From: Eledone cirrhosa
Taxonomy: Eukaryota
Length of the DNA stretch: 64,000 nt
Assembly (NCBI GenBank): GCA_964016885.1
Contig: OZ024746.1
Coordinates: 23,498,001 to 23,562,000, forward strand
Reading direction: 5' to 3'
Positions within the stretch are counted from its first letter, which is position 1. The number at the start of each line of letters is the position of its first letter. The translations under genes were made by a program, and so were the position numbers. Shown here in pieces: positions 37,501 through 52,200 of the stretch. Below the pieces are notes generated by a model. That model ran no database searches. It was given only the letters and a program-made list of their open reading frames with translations, and was not told where the DNA came from.

Positions 37501-40243
37501 CTTGTAAAACAGTGATGATAATGATTTCTAATGAAAGGTACTACCTATGATGTTCAAATGTTAAATTATCAAGAATTGGTAGTAATATAGCTAACTTTCT
37601 TACTATTAAGCTGTTTGGAATATAACTTAAAAGTTCTTACAGAAAATTATGATGGAAGGATTTTAGATAAATAAAAACACATTAAGAAACAGTTTTGCAT
37701 TGTAGAACCAGGGGTGGTTTCTGGGGGCTTGGTATGAAAAGATTAAGGGTCATAACATTTAAAATATGAGCTGTCAGTTCTGTTCTGTTTTTTGTTTCCT
37801 TTTTAAGTTTCTCCTTAAGTTTTCCAGTCTCCCAATCTCTCTTTAAGTCTTCCATAGTCTCCCAATCTCCCTTTAAGTCTTCCATAGTCTCCCAATCTCC
37901 CTTTAAGTCTTCCATAGTCTCCCAATCTCCCTTTAAGTCTTCCATAGTCTCCCAATCTCCCTTTAAGTCTTCCATAGTCTCCCAATCTCCCTTTAAGCCT
38001 TTCACATTCTTTCTCCCTTTAAGTCTTCCGTAGTCCCTTATTCTCCCTTTAAACATTCCACAGTCTCTGTCTACCTTTTAGTCTTCCATAGTCTCTTTAG
38101 TACTAACCAACCTCATCTGTGTATTTATTACATATCTGATTATGAAGTAACAAGTTTCTGTCTGAATTAAATGCTTTCATTCAGTGGCTATATTTTATTT
38201 CATTTTATTTAGCTTTAATCCTTTCATTATCATATTCCTAATGCATGGCCTAGTGGTTAAAATGTTGGGCTTATGATCATAAACATATCATGGGTTTGAT
38301 ACCTTGACCGATGGTGCATTGTATTCTTGAGCAAGACCCTTCATTTCATGTTATTTCTCATTATTAAGCCAATGTTTGGAATATAACAATACAGCAAAAG
38401 CAAGCATTTTAAAGCAATTTATTCCCTGTTAAAGTAGGGGTTAGTTTTGTGGGCAACATGAAAAGCTTTTAAATCATCATATGGTCCGTATTGAAGCAAT
38501 CAATGTTTTACAACTGAATGCCCTTCTTTGCATCAATCCTTTAAGTTGCATCTTATGACATGCAAAGATACAATTTTAAACACAATGCATGTAACTTAAA
38601 GGGTCTTAGATATAAGAATGATGGTTGGAAGGTTTTTAGAAAAATATAAACACTTTAATTTAAAATAAAGTTTTGTATCATAGAACCATTGGGGTTTTAT
38701 GTGGTTTGGTATTAAAAGGGTTAATGTGAAATAAAGTCAGATGAAAAGGACAGGACTTTGTGCCAAAGGCAAGTTTTGCATGCCTGATCTTTTAGTCTTT
38801 TGTTACCATATTTCTAATAAAAGACACTAGTCTACAATAAAATGCACCAAGTCTACACTGTAATATGGTTGGTGTTAGGAAGGGCATCCAACCCTAAAAA
38901 CAAAGCCAAAATTCAGATCAGTATGAGCCTGTCAGTTTTTGGACCGAACTTGTCTCATGTGACAACTTGTTTAACTCATGGAAAAATGGGCGTTCAACGA
39001 CAACGATGATAAACATTTTGAAACAAACAACATATTTTAGAAGCATGACTGGTTTCAAGTGGATTCATATCAAAAGGGTTAAACAGTCATAAATTAAAAA
39101 CAGAAATAGAGGAATACTACTGATGCTACTCTGTCTAGCATGTCTGTAGATTCTTGTATTGATTAAATGGAAGCAACTTATTGAATATTATATGAAACAT
39201 AATGTTGGCATGAATGTCGGACATACTTCAATTAGGCTTAGTCTATGGCAGCTTGCCTCTGAATTTATCAACAGACATTTAGATATTTAAATTATAGCAG
39301 ACCATAGCTTATCTAAACTTAGTATGTTAATGTAAGAATATAGTATTTTTTGAATAAAAATGTTTTAACTCTTAACATCCTGTAACAATTTATGAGAAAA
39401 TATATAAAAAAAGTTTTTTTTAATTCAAATGTTTATAGTATCTTTACTAGTGGACAAACTGTTTTGAAAATTTGTAGTGTTAGAGGAAAGCCTTCAATCT
39501 TAATATAATGCAGGCATAGTGCTGTTTTGTATTATTCATGGATATATTGCTAATGTGGTTTCATGAAGTTTAGGACATTAAGAATTAAAGAGAATAAGAT
39601 GTATGAATCTTTAGTACTGTAAAGTGGTTGGCAATGGAACTGAAACAATATGGGATAGAGAGGACTCTATGAAGTAGTAGTGCTAGTGCTATGATGAAAT
39701 GCACTCAGTACATTCTGTACAATGGTAGTGCTGCTGCCAGAATAAAATACACCCAGTACACCCTGAAAAGTGATTGGCATTAGAAAGGGCATCCAACCAT
39801 AGATACCATTCCTAGCTGGATTGTATGAGCAGGACATGGTCCTCTGATCCTTGTAGCCATAGACTGTGACAATTTGTCCAACTCATGCTAGCATGGAAAA
39901 CTGATGTAAAACGATGATGATGATGGTTTAATCTGTCAGAGGGTGTAAGATACATTAGTTATTTTAGATTTCCTAATTGTTATGAATTAATGAAGAAAAT
40001 ATCAAGTGCTCTAGGCAATAGGTAGATTTTAACAGTTATCTCCGAAATTACAGTAAAGTTTAAAAGAAGCTATTTTCTGTTAATTAAACCTAATTAGGAC
40101 ACTGAGTAATTATGTACCATTTACTTGCCTGCCTTTTCTGGTTAATTTTTTAAATACTTTTGTTTTGTTTTTGTTATTTTAATCTATTGGTATATTATAT
40201 TTAACACTTATACTGAAAGATAAGCCCTCAAGTAACTAACATT

Positions 40244-40288
<45 letters not shown>

Positions 40289-43200
40289 TTTTACTGGTTT
40301 CACTCATTACACTGGCCAGGCAGGGGCAAAGCCTTGATTAATTCAATTATATATATATATATAATACAAAAGAAACCAAAGAACGCTTACATACTCAGTC
40401 TTTATTCACTAACAATGTTTCATCCTCACCTTTAGGCAGGAATCATCAGAGCTCAACAAATACTGTGTTGAGTATAAGCTCCACAATAATTTAGTGACAC
40501 GAACAATCACAAAAAATAATATGGGGATTGGAGATAGCTAACAAAGGGGTTCATCTTGGGTTACTAAGCATTACTGCAAAGTACCAAGGTACAATTGGAT
40601 TCAACAAGAAGACACAGTAGATGGCACTAAAAAATGTAGAATGTAAAATTAAAAAGTGTGAAAGCATTAAAAAGTACATAATAAATAAATAAAAACTGGT
40701 GGAACTTGTCAAATCAGACCAAGGAAATAATGTTTCCATTGGTCTTATTGCTGATACTGTCTACTGGTTGCATCTCCTGGCATAACCCTAATACTCACTT
40801 TTTCAAGTCTGGTACTTATTTTATTGATGACATTTTGTCAAACTGCTAAGTTAAGAAACCTAAATGCAGACATGAGCCCCCCCCCCCCCCCCACACACAC
40901 ACACAAACACAAAGCATTGTCATTGTTGTTTTATGTTCGTTTTTCCTGCTAACAAGGGTTGGACATAACATCACAGACTCTACATTTTATCATGACACTT
41001 GCACTAACATTTTACAGAGTGTACTGGGTAAATTTTATCATGACACCAGCATTATCACTTTACAGTGTGTACACTTTTCTACAAAACCACACTGATGATT
41101 TAAGTTGCATTATATTCTGAAATATTCTAACAATTGTCTTCTGTGTGTTTGTCTGTATTTTACTGTAACCATATTGTATTAGACCCCATCATATTGTTAG
41201 ATGATTAATTTTGTTGTATCCTGTTAGTTTAAATTACAATTCATCTTAATAAGGTGGTATATAATCATGGTGATGGCATGTGGCCTAATGATTAGGGTGT
41301 TAAATTCATGATCATAAGGTCGTTGGTTTAATTCCTGACCAGGCAATGCATTGTGTTTCTGTCTTCTTTATTCTCTATTCTTTTTCTTCTAAATTTTCTT
41401 TTCATTGTTTTTCATTGTTTTTCTAAAATTTTCTCTTACAATACCTCCTCATTGAATGTAAACCATGTTTCAAACACAAAACAAACATGAGGCTGATTTT
41501 GAATTTTGATCATATGTTCAATACTGTCTTTAAATATCTTTCATTCTTTGACAAAAATGTCAGTAATTTTGAACTCATTGTTTATAGTGCAGGCTTTTAT
41601 TTACATTTCCAAGGTCAAAATTACAATATACTGTTTGAAATCCTTTCTAATATTCCAGTATTAAAAATATTTTATTTTATTTTAGTACACATTTGGTTTC
41701 TTCTCTGGCTTTAAAACATTTTAAAACTATTGATCAGTAGAAAATAGGTCAACATTTCAGGCATTGTTCCTGCTCGTTTATAGAAGTAAACTTTGTTGTA
41801 ACAAGCTCAGTGAAAATAAAATACATTTGTCACTTGTTTTATAAGGTTGCTGAGTTCTGTTTGTAAATCTAACTAACTAATTCATACTTTTCAAGAATGT
41901 CTTGCTAATGTGGTTTCACATAGCATTAACCCTTTAGCATTTAAACCAGGTGTATCCGACCAGAATTCTTTCACCTCTTTCTGTTCAAACCAGCAATAAC
42001 TGGCCACTCATACTCATGTTAGGGTATTGTTCTCAAAATAAATAACATCAAAATCTCGTAGATTCGATATTATGTGAGATAATTATGTAAAAGAAAGCCT
42101 TTACCACAAAAATACAATCACATATATATCGATTAATGTAAATGCTAAAGGGGTTAAGAGCTAACAAATATGAAATTAGGATGTAAGATTTTTAGATAAA
42201 TATAAACTTTAAAATAAACTTTCATATTATAGAATCTGGGGTAGTTTTGGGCATTTTGCACCAAGCAACTGATACACACACACACACACACACAGTATAA
42301 AGTTTAACTGAGACTGTGTACATTTAACATGGTGTTTTACTGTGTGTGTGTGTATTTATATATACATTTACGCAGTCAGTTAAATTCTCTTTGTACTGTA
42401 TGTGTACAAATATATATTTATCAAGTGTCTGTATTTATTTTAAACTTTGATATACACCTATGTGTGCACACAATGTGCATGTGCACACATAAAGTGCATG
42501 TGTGCAGACACACACCCAGATATGTCTGAATTGTATTAAGTAGCAGCTGTACAGCAGACAAAATGTAGGTTACTGGCTGGACAGTTTACCTTTGTGGCTT
42601 TTATATTTTACAGTTACATTGATTGATAGATTGGTGGTGGAAGGGATATATTAGAACTGGGCATAAAACAGTGATAATGTTTTAGCTAACAATGAGTAGT
42701 GGAAGGTGTGTGGCCTTGTGGTGAGTGATAGTTTCATAATTATATGGTCACGAGTTTGATCTCTGGATGGACTGTGTGTTGTTCTTGAGCAAGGTACTTA
42801 CCTTCACATTGTTCCAATACCAACATCAGCTGGCGTTATTTCATTTCTCCTGCCTTATGTCTTCTTTATATTCTTTCATGATTTAAGAATATTTCAGGAA
42901 ATGAAGTTGGTTTGGAAAAAAAACAAAACAACAAAACAAATAAAACTCAGATGCTGTTGTGTAAAAGGTGATTTGGCTGCACTACGATCTATGAAGTATA
43001 TGTGAAAATTTATGGTAGAAACTTTCAGAAATTAGGACCTCAAATAAAATGAGTATCTATAGTCAGTTGCAGAGGCAAAGTTCATACAGAAGTTTTGCAA
43101 AGGTTGACATATTGAAGTAATAGTTTATTATATGTGTTTATATTTCCATTTTGTAAAAATATAAACAATTTGTAATGTTATTTATACAACTGGGAATAAT

Positions 43201-46200
43201 AAAGTCTTGTGACCAGGTAGCATTGCCCAAACGATTTGGGGGCTTAAGTCTGCATTAAAAAATGGTATTTGAATATGAAATATATCTTCCTGTTCATTCC
43301 AGATCTATTTACATCTCAAATGATATCTAATTCTTTGAAACATCCTGTATATCTGTTATTAGGATTGCAATTAATGCAGGCTTAAACCATGTTTACCACT
43401 TAATGTGATAATGATTCCTGAGTGAAGTGATATCAACTCAAGGGATGATTACCTGATTCCTCTGTGCTTAGGGGCAGGAAATGACTACTGTGTGGTATCA
43501 TGAGGGATCACAGTAATAAAAACCGAGAGAGAGAGAAAGAAAACTTAGTTTAACATACGTTAAACTCTCTCCCTCTCATCATTCAGGCACCCATCCCACA
43601 CACACATTTAGAGAAGATAGAAATTCTTCCAAATTACGAGGGCTGACTGAAAAGTTCATAGGCTGACTAAGATATTCCCATGGAATGACCAAATTAGGTT
43701 TAATTTTTCAACATTATCCCTGGAGAGAAACTACAGTTATTAATAAAGAGTTGAAATTAATGCATGCAATATTTCACAGCTCTAGCATCACTACTTCATA
43801 GTCAGCCAATTAATGTTTCAGCCTACCCTTCTAGATAATTATTACACAAATATTTGAAAATTATCTCAAATGGTATGGTCATGTGATGCATAAGGAGAGC
43901 AAGAGTTGTATATAAGTTGATAGTGTAGCAGTACAATTCATATCTCATTAATGTTGTTTATTGAAACTTATTAGATTTTGTTGGGAATATATTCATTGCT
44001 GAACTTAGTGGTTAATCTATTTTTAGTTTATATAAAAGCATATTGTAGATTCTAATGTCATTAATTACTCATTTTTAATTAAATTTATCTGAATTGGCAG
44101 TCATTAGAGTATTGGATTAAATACCTCGGTGTTTGTTTCAGCTCTCTGTGTGCTCTGAGTTCAAAGTCAACTTTACCTTTCTTTCTTTTATTGTCAACGA
44201 AGTACTAAGTCTTGGTGCACTGGATTGGTGGAATTGTTAAAGGGTTGGACAGGGTGTTTTGTGGCATCTGATCTAGCTCTTTGTGTTCTAAGTTCAAATC
44301 TGCCAGGCGTTGCGACCAAGAAATAGTATCAGCAATGGAAAGACCAAAGGAAACATGGTTTCCTTGATCTGATCTTACGATTGGCTTCTTTCTTCTGCTA
44401 AAAGTTATGACCAACAGATAGTATCAGCAATAGAAACAAATTCTTTGGTCTGATCTGATGATTGGTTACTTTCCTTTCTTTTCTGTTGTCTAGTCTAAAA
44501 GATTCTCTTCTTCTTTACCCACTTGAAAGGGGGGTCATGAAGGAAGAGTCCTCCAATACTCCTTCCTAGACTAAAAGCTAATTGATGTAAATCGTGGTAT
44601 CTTTTCAGACAACTCTTCGTCAGTTTCAAGTGCCAGAGTTTTCTGTAGTCAGGCAACACGAAGAATTTATCTGGCTACATGACCGTTATGTTGAAAATGA
44701 AGAATATGCTGGCATTGTCGTAAGTATTTTGATTTTCTATTTCTTGCTAAACTGTATAAGTATGGGCTTGTGGTTCTTTGTTTACTAGACTGAAAACCAA
44801 CTGCTGTAAAACTTCTTTTCAGACAAGGCACATTGTTTAGTGGTTAGAATGTTGAAATGAAAAAAAATTAAATGGAATTTACTGCACACATCTGTGCAGG
44901 TTTAGCTAACCTATGAGCTATCTCATAGGAAGTCACTCAGGTGTTTTAATGTCCTATCATGAAAAGCAATGTGAAATAAAGTATATTGCTCAAGATCACA
45001 ACTCACTGCCCAACCCAGGAATTAAACTAACAATCTTATGATCATAAGTCCAACATGTTAAGCACAAGGTAATGCATCTTTAGGTTAAGATTCATGATCA
45101 TAGAGTTGTGAATTTGACTCCTGGACTGGGTGCTGCATTGTGTTATGGAGCAAGATACTTTATTTTATGTTGTTTTTCACGATAGGACTGGTACCCCTAT
45201 GATTAAAACATTTAAGTAACCTTCTATGAGATACAACCTCTCAGGAGGCCTGTTAAACCTGCACAGGTGTGTTGGCTGTAATTATTTGTATAAGTATGTT
45301 GTTGGTGTGTTGGTAACATTTACTTGGTATGACAAATAGATAAATAACATATTTATCTATCATAATTGTTTTCTGATAGGGGCTGACTTTCTCACTAACT
45401 CATTCACTCTCTCCCTAACATTCATTCATTCTCACTAATATTATCTCCCTCTCTAACACACCTTCTTCAATACACTCTCTCTAACACTCTTACTCCCTCT
45501 ATATCACTCACTATCTCTCCTCTATTACCCACTCCCCTCTTACATTCTCTGCCTATGAAATGTCAGTCAGTAAACTAATAAATCAATATTGTGATTTCAC
45601 ATTAACATCCACAGTTGTAGTTGTTGTTATTGATTTTATTGTAGTTCTTTTGACATTGTTGTTGTTTTTGTTGCTGTTGTCGTCATTTTTGTAGTTTTCA
45701 TTGCCGTTGTAATCATTGTTTTTGTTGTCAATGTCTAAATTAGCTTTAGCTGGAATTCTGTCATATAGCAATATTATAAGTTATTGTTTAGCCACAGGTT
45801 AGTCCTGGTTCAGTAAACTTACTATCAAGACACTTCCAGCTGTGACTATCCCATTGTTTTGTATATCAAACACTACTAACATTTCCCAGTTGGTTCTTTC
45901 TTAAGGTACGTAGCCTAGTAGTAAAGGTGTTGGTCTTACAATCATAAGGTCACGGGTTTAATTCCTGGACCAGGCAGCACATGTTCTTAAGCAAGACACT
46001 TCATTTCATGTTGCTTTTCAGGCCACGATTGACACCTCTGTCATTAAAACACTTAAGAAATCTTCTATGAGGGACAACCTCATAACGGGTTACAAGCAGC
46101 TAAACCAAATTATGATGGAAGGTTTTTAGATAAATATGTACATTTTAAAACAATATTCTATCATAGAAGCAGGTGTAGTTTCAGGCAGTTTGGTATCAAA

Positions 46201-49200
46201 ACAGTGTGTATGTCTGTCTGTGTGTGTTAGCTGAAAGTGATGATAGGTTGTGTACAGATAAAGGTTAAAAGGACAGATCTTGTGGTAGATATTTTGGGAA
46301 GGTTACATGTTTTCCACGCTTTGTTGCTGTACTGTATCTAGTCAGTGGCTTGAGAGGTTGCTTAGTAAGCCATCTGTTTTCCCCATACCAGTGGCAGATG
46401 TGGATCTGGTTGGTTTATGGAATATAGGGTTGCAGGTTGGGAGCTGGTTTAATGAGAATTGTGTGTAGGTCAGTATTTTTTGAGTGTTTTGTTTATGGGT
46501 TAGAACAACAGATAGTCTTATTGTAAGGTTTGTTCATAGTGTCATGTTCTGAATTGTCAGGTGTGTGTTAGCTAATGAAATTTGGGGCAAGGTTTAGACA
46601 AAAAGTAATGTTGTATGGAAATAAATATTGATAATACTCTGTATTTTGTTCTATAAAACCCAAAATTATAATTGCTTGTCTTTCAGATTCCTCCTGCCCC
46701 TCCACGGCCAGACTTTGATGCCTCTCGAGAGAAGTTACAAAGACTGGGGGAAGGGGAAGGTAACATGACAAAAGAAGAATTTACTAAGATGAAACAAGAA
46801 CTAGAAGCGTATGTTTCAAATTTTTCTTTCCATAACCCTTTTGTTACCATATTTCTAATGGAAGGCACTAATAATGATTTTCAAATAATTTTGAAAATAA
46901 TAAAATTAACTTGCGTATTATTTATCTTGTTTGGAACATAACTTAACAAAGGTTCTTGCATAAAATTATGATGTGAGCTGTAACAACATGATAGCATTGA
47001 GACCCCTATCAGTAAAATGCTTAAGCTACCTCATATGAGTTGCAACCTTGTAAGAGGCTAGTAAAACCTACATAGGTGTGAGCTGTAACAAAAGCAATAT
47101 GATAGGATTGGTGTCCCCTATTATTTAAACACCAGAGAAAGCTCCTATGATACAAATAAGAGACCAGCTAAACCTACATAGATGTGAGATGTACCATTAT
47201 ACTACCCTGGCGCCTATCTTTTAAACACATAAGCTCCTTCATATGAGCTACAACCTTGTAAAAGGATAGCTAAACCAATGGAGGTGTGATCTCAATACAC
47301 CTGAGAAACCACCTATAAATTACAACTTTGTAGGAGGCTAGCTAAACCTGCATAGGTGTGAGGATGGTAGGACTGAGGCCCTCTATTATTAAAACATATA
47401 AATGCCTCCCATAAGATGCAACCTCATAAGAGGTCAGCTAAACTTACTTCTGAGTGAGAGCTGTAAATTACATTTGTTTTTCATTCTTTATATTTCAGTG
47501 AATACTTAGCTACATTTAAAAAGACTGTTGCTATGCATGAAGTATTTCTACAAAGGTTAGCTGCTCACCCTACACTTCGCGGTGATGTACATTTCCAAGT
47601 CTTTCTTGAATACAGCCATGAAGTAAGTTCTCAACAATTCAAAAAAATTTCTTGATAATTTCAATGTCTATTAATTCATTTTGGTGTCAGCTATCGTGTA
47701 GTAAAGTTTTTCCACGCTTGCTTGGTTGTTACAGACCAAGTTATTACTTCATTAGAACTACTGTCCCCCTATATATGGGGACCCTGTCTTGCTTATATAT
47801 GTTCCAGTTTCGGCATATATTCTACGGCTGAATGCCTTCCTATCACCAACCACTTTACAGTGTGTACTGGGTGCATTTTTGCATATTTTGTCATCACTGA
47901 ACTGATAGTTACATCATCATCAGTATTTTACATCCATTTTTTTCATGCTGGCATACGTTGGATGGAATTTCTTGAGAGAGTTTTACAGTCGGATACCTTT
48001 CCTCACGCCTACCCTTTTAGTTGCCTCGTACAACACGCAGGGATTTGGTATACCTTTGGTCTGTTAACTCTGAAATTCATTAAGTTAGTCTATTAAATGG
48101 AGCGGGTTACTATATTGACATAACTTCCGATAAATGATAATTAAAAACACTTATTTTATAAACTTACTGTATATACTCGATACAAGCCAATCCAAATATA
48201 AGCCAAGCCCCTATTTTATGCCTTAGAAATGGGCAAAAATCCAAACCCCATTTATAAACCAAGGCAGCTAATCAACACAGTTTAGATGGCATATATAAGC
48301 CGACCCCCCCATCCCATTTTCCCTTTATCAGATATACAGTAACTTAATTGTCTCCAAAATATGGTTTAAGATTCCTATGTTTACCATTGTTTCCAGTGCA
48401 TTTTATAGAAATATTTAACTTTGTTTTTCAGTTAAGTGTCAGAGGTAAAAATAAGAAGGAGAAACTTGGAGGTTTTTTCAAGAGTATTACAAAATCAGCT
48501 GATGAGGTTCTCCTTTCAAACCAAAAGGTGAGGATTTTCTCTGGATGTTTCGTTTCTAATAACACACACCTTTGTCCAAATGATACAACTATAGATGTAA
48601 ATACTTGGACACATCATCAGTGTTGTATCCTGGAGTCACTGGATGTTTCAGGTCTTACAACATACACTTCCATTCAAGAGACATCCAACTACAGATGTAA
48701 ATCTTTGGACACATCATGTGTTGTAAACTGAAGTCCCTTCATCCAGGTGATCTGACCGAAGTTGATCAAACCTTAGCCTGTGTCCAAGTGGCATACTTCT
48801 GACTACTTCCCCGGCCACTTTTCAGCCAGAGCCTTCTAGACTCTCTCTGCTGCTCTCACATTGTTCTTGATGCCTTTTCTTTTGCTCCCTCCTGGGGTTG
48901 CATAGGCTTTGTTAAAGGAATGCCTCTGTGAACCCTCAATTGCCATCTGTCACACTCTTCTCAGTGTACTTGCCTTGTCGCATACTGTTACTCTGAATCT
49001 CCCTGAGAAATATAAGGGTACATGTGTGATTAGAATGCTCAACTGCATGTTAATTTCACGAGTAGGTTGTTCCGTTGATTGAACAACCAGAGTTCCAACC
49101 ATTGGAAGAGAGGTTCAATACACAACTTATTTTATTATTTAACAGCAATAGGCTGGTGGATTGGCAGTACCAGTAGAGCTTTGGGCATGTGTAATGGTAT

Positions 49201-52200
49201 AAAGACCTTTACATTGAGTTCAAATCCTGCTGAGGTTATCTTTGCCTTTCATCCTTACAGAGTTGATAGAAAATAGTACCAGTAATGTACTGGGGTCGAC
49301 TTGAGTTTCCCCCTTTCATTCAAATCGCTGGCCTTGTGCCAAAAGTAGAAACAATTATTTAAGTGATTATTTGAACAGGTATTAAACAGGAAGAGAGAAA
49401 GGGATGTGACATGCTGTACACCCTTAACTGGATAGTAGGGAGTATGCTGTACACCCTTGGCTAGGCCGTACATCTCAGCTGCATGCTTTGGAAAAAATGG
49501 CGAAAGCATTGCCACAATGAACAGCCAGCAACACTCACTGCATCAACTTTTCCACTTCACATTGCTCCTTCAAGTGAGATGTACTTCTCTTGATTTTGCA
49601 GAAGAAAACAAGTTTTGAGAGTAAGGACCCCAGAAGTCTTAATGATAACAGGCACATAAAGGAAGTGGTATTTGATTGATAATTATCATCATCCTTGTCA
49701 TCACTGTTTAGAGTCCATTTTCTTATGTTAACATGGGTTAGATGAATTGTCTCGTTGCAACACGAGTCAGATCAGATGACAATGACTTACTTATACAGAA
49801 CTGTTTCTGGCTTGGTTTCTATGGCTGGATGCTCTGCCTAACATCGGCATTTACAGCATGGACTGGGAGTATTTTTTTGTGTCACCAACACGACCACTTT
49901 ATAAGGTTGACTGAGTGCTTTTTGTATTAAATGGTTATTTGGTTTTTTGTTAGCATGAATTGAAAGACATGTATTGATGAATTTTTTAATCATTACAGGA
50001 TGTTGATGACTTTTTTGAACAACAGAAAACCTTCCTAGTGGAGTACCATGTCAAGATTAAAGATGCAGCTACCAAAAGTGACCGGATGACCAAGACACAT
50101 AAAAGTAAATCTATTTTATTTGTAAATCTCATCATCATAATATGTCCATTTTACATATCAGCTTGGGTTGGACTGGTTGGGAAACTGTCTTGCCCAAGCA
50201 TTCCATATTTAGTATAGTTTCTAACACCAACCATTTACTGAGTGTACACTGGGACATCAATATGAACATTTTACAGAGTGTACTGGGTGCATTCTGTGGA
50301 GTGACAGTACTGGTGTCACGATAAAATGCAACTAGTATGCTCTCTAATGCCAAATTGCTGGTTTCGGGATAAAATACACCCAGTACACACTGTAAAGTAG
50401 TTGTAGATCTGTTTTTTTAGAAAATGTGTCACCAATGTGAAAAGTTGGGAAAGCTCTGTGTAGTGACATTTTAGTGTCATTGATAATATCTAAGGGTGTC
50501 ACTTGACTTACTGGTGTGTTGTGACATTTTAGTGTGTCACTGATAATCTTCAGGTGTGTTGTGACACTGTAGTGTGCCATAAAATTAACTAAAATCTGAT
50601 CAAAATTTATGAATATTTGACCAAAGTTTATTTGAGATCTGACAATTCTGTACATTTAGACGCATCATTTGTTCATAATCATAATCATGATGATTTATCA
50701 TATTAGTTAGACACCCATTTATTATATTTGTTAATTTCATGTTGTCAATGTAACTTAATTAATGGGTCATTGGTAATTCATTTCATTTTACGTCCGCTTT
50801 TTCCCTGCTTGCAAGGGTGGGACAGGAACTGATTCTGGCTGGATTTCTACAGCTGCATGCCCTTCCCAACACCAACCTCATTTACAGTGAGTGCTGGGTG
50901 CTTTTTTGCAGTGGAATGATAGGGACCCCAGTCCCTATCATCTCATTTCTACAGCTGAGTAAACTGGAGCAATGTGAAATAAAGTGTCTTGCTCAAGGAA
51001 ACAACACATCACCCGGTCTGAGAATTGAACTCACAACCTTTCAATTGCTCTAACCACTAAGCCATGTGCCTTATATTTTTAAAAAGTATTTCACCAATGT
51101 AAACACTTAGAGAAGCTCTATTGTAGGTCAATGTTTTTCAAATTTATCTGGGAGTGCTGAGATCTTTGATAAATTTGCAGATATTGTGATTTCAAACAAA
51201 TGAAATAGTTCTAGTCATATGAACAAGATGAAGTTCTCCCAATCTATCTAGTCTTCAGCTGTGACAACCTGACCAACCCATGCCATAAAAAAAAATGGAC
51301 ATAAAATGACAATTTTAATATTTTGTATTAAATTTATTTGCAATAAATCTTTTACATTAAGTTCACACACCTGAATAAACACATTCCAATATTTTGCTTT
51401 GAATTTTTCATAATGTATTTGAAATATACATAATTATATATATATAGATATATATTGATATATATATATATTTTTTACAGATGTTGCTGATTGTTACATA
51501 CAAATTTCTTCTGGATTTGTTCAAATTGCAACAATTGAAAACACAGAATTGGAAAAGTATGTTGGATATAAGTTTTTACTTTCAGCTGAAATATAGCTTG
51601 ATTTTATAACAAATCATTAAAAGTTAATTATTTTTTATTAATTATTTAGATTTATTCAATTCAAATCATTTTGTTTTTTCCTATAAAAAAAGTATCATAT
51701 TAGTTTAACTTCAGTCTATTTAGGATAGAGAGGATTCTCTTGCTGGTGCCACAATAATATGTACCCAGTAGATTGTAAAGTGGCTGGTGATTGAAAAGAG
51801 ACAATATAGGGTAGAGTGAATCCTACAGTCAGGCTGAGTCATGTGTTGATGGAAGATGAAAGTGACTAGGTGAGAGGAGTATAGCCATTAGTGGATGTTG
51901 TGAAGAGAAATGGGATGAGATGGTTGGGTTATGTGTTGAGGTAGAACGTGACTGGGTGAGAGGAGTCGAAACACTAAGAGAAATGATGGAAATGAATGTA
52001 GAAGGAAGTAGATGAAGACCAAGAAAGATAACCAAAAATGAAGAGGAAATGAAAATCACAAGATTGGTGAGTGGGATGCAGACAATAGGGGGAAATCGTT
52101 AAGCTTGTCACGGGGCTTGCAAGGAAACATGGGACGAGCTGATAAATTCCGACCTCACACGCTTACACCTCTCCAAGACAATGTCACTGGACCGAGACCT

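Noticed and set aside
37682-38056. ORF with [10 protein letters not shown] repeats
   Set aside because: 30-bp minisatellite antisense in an intron; ORF runs into a MITE
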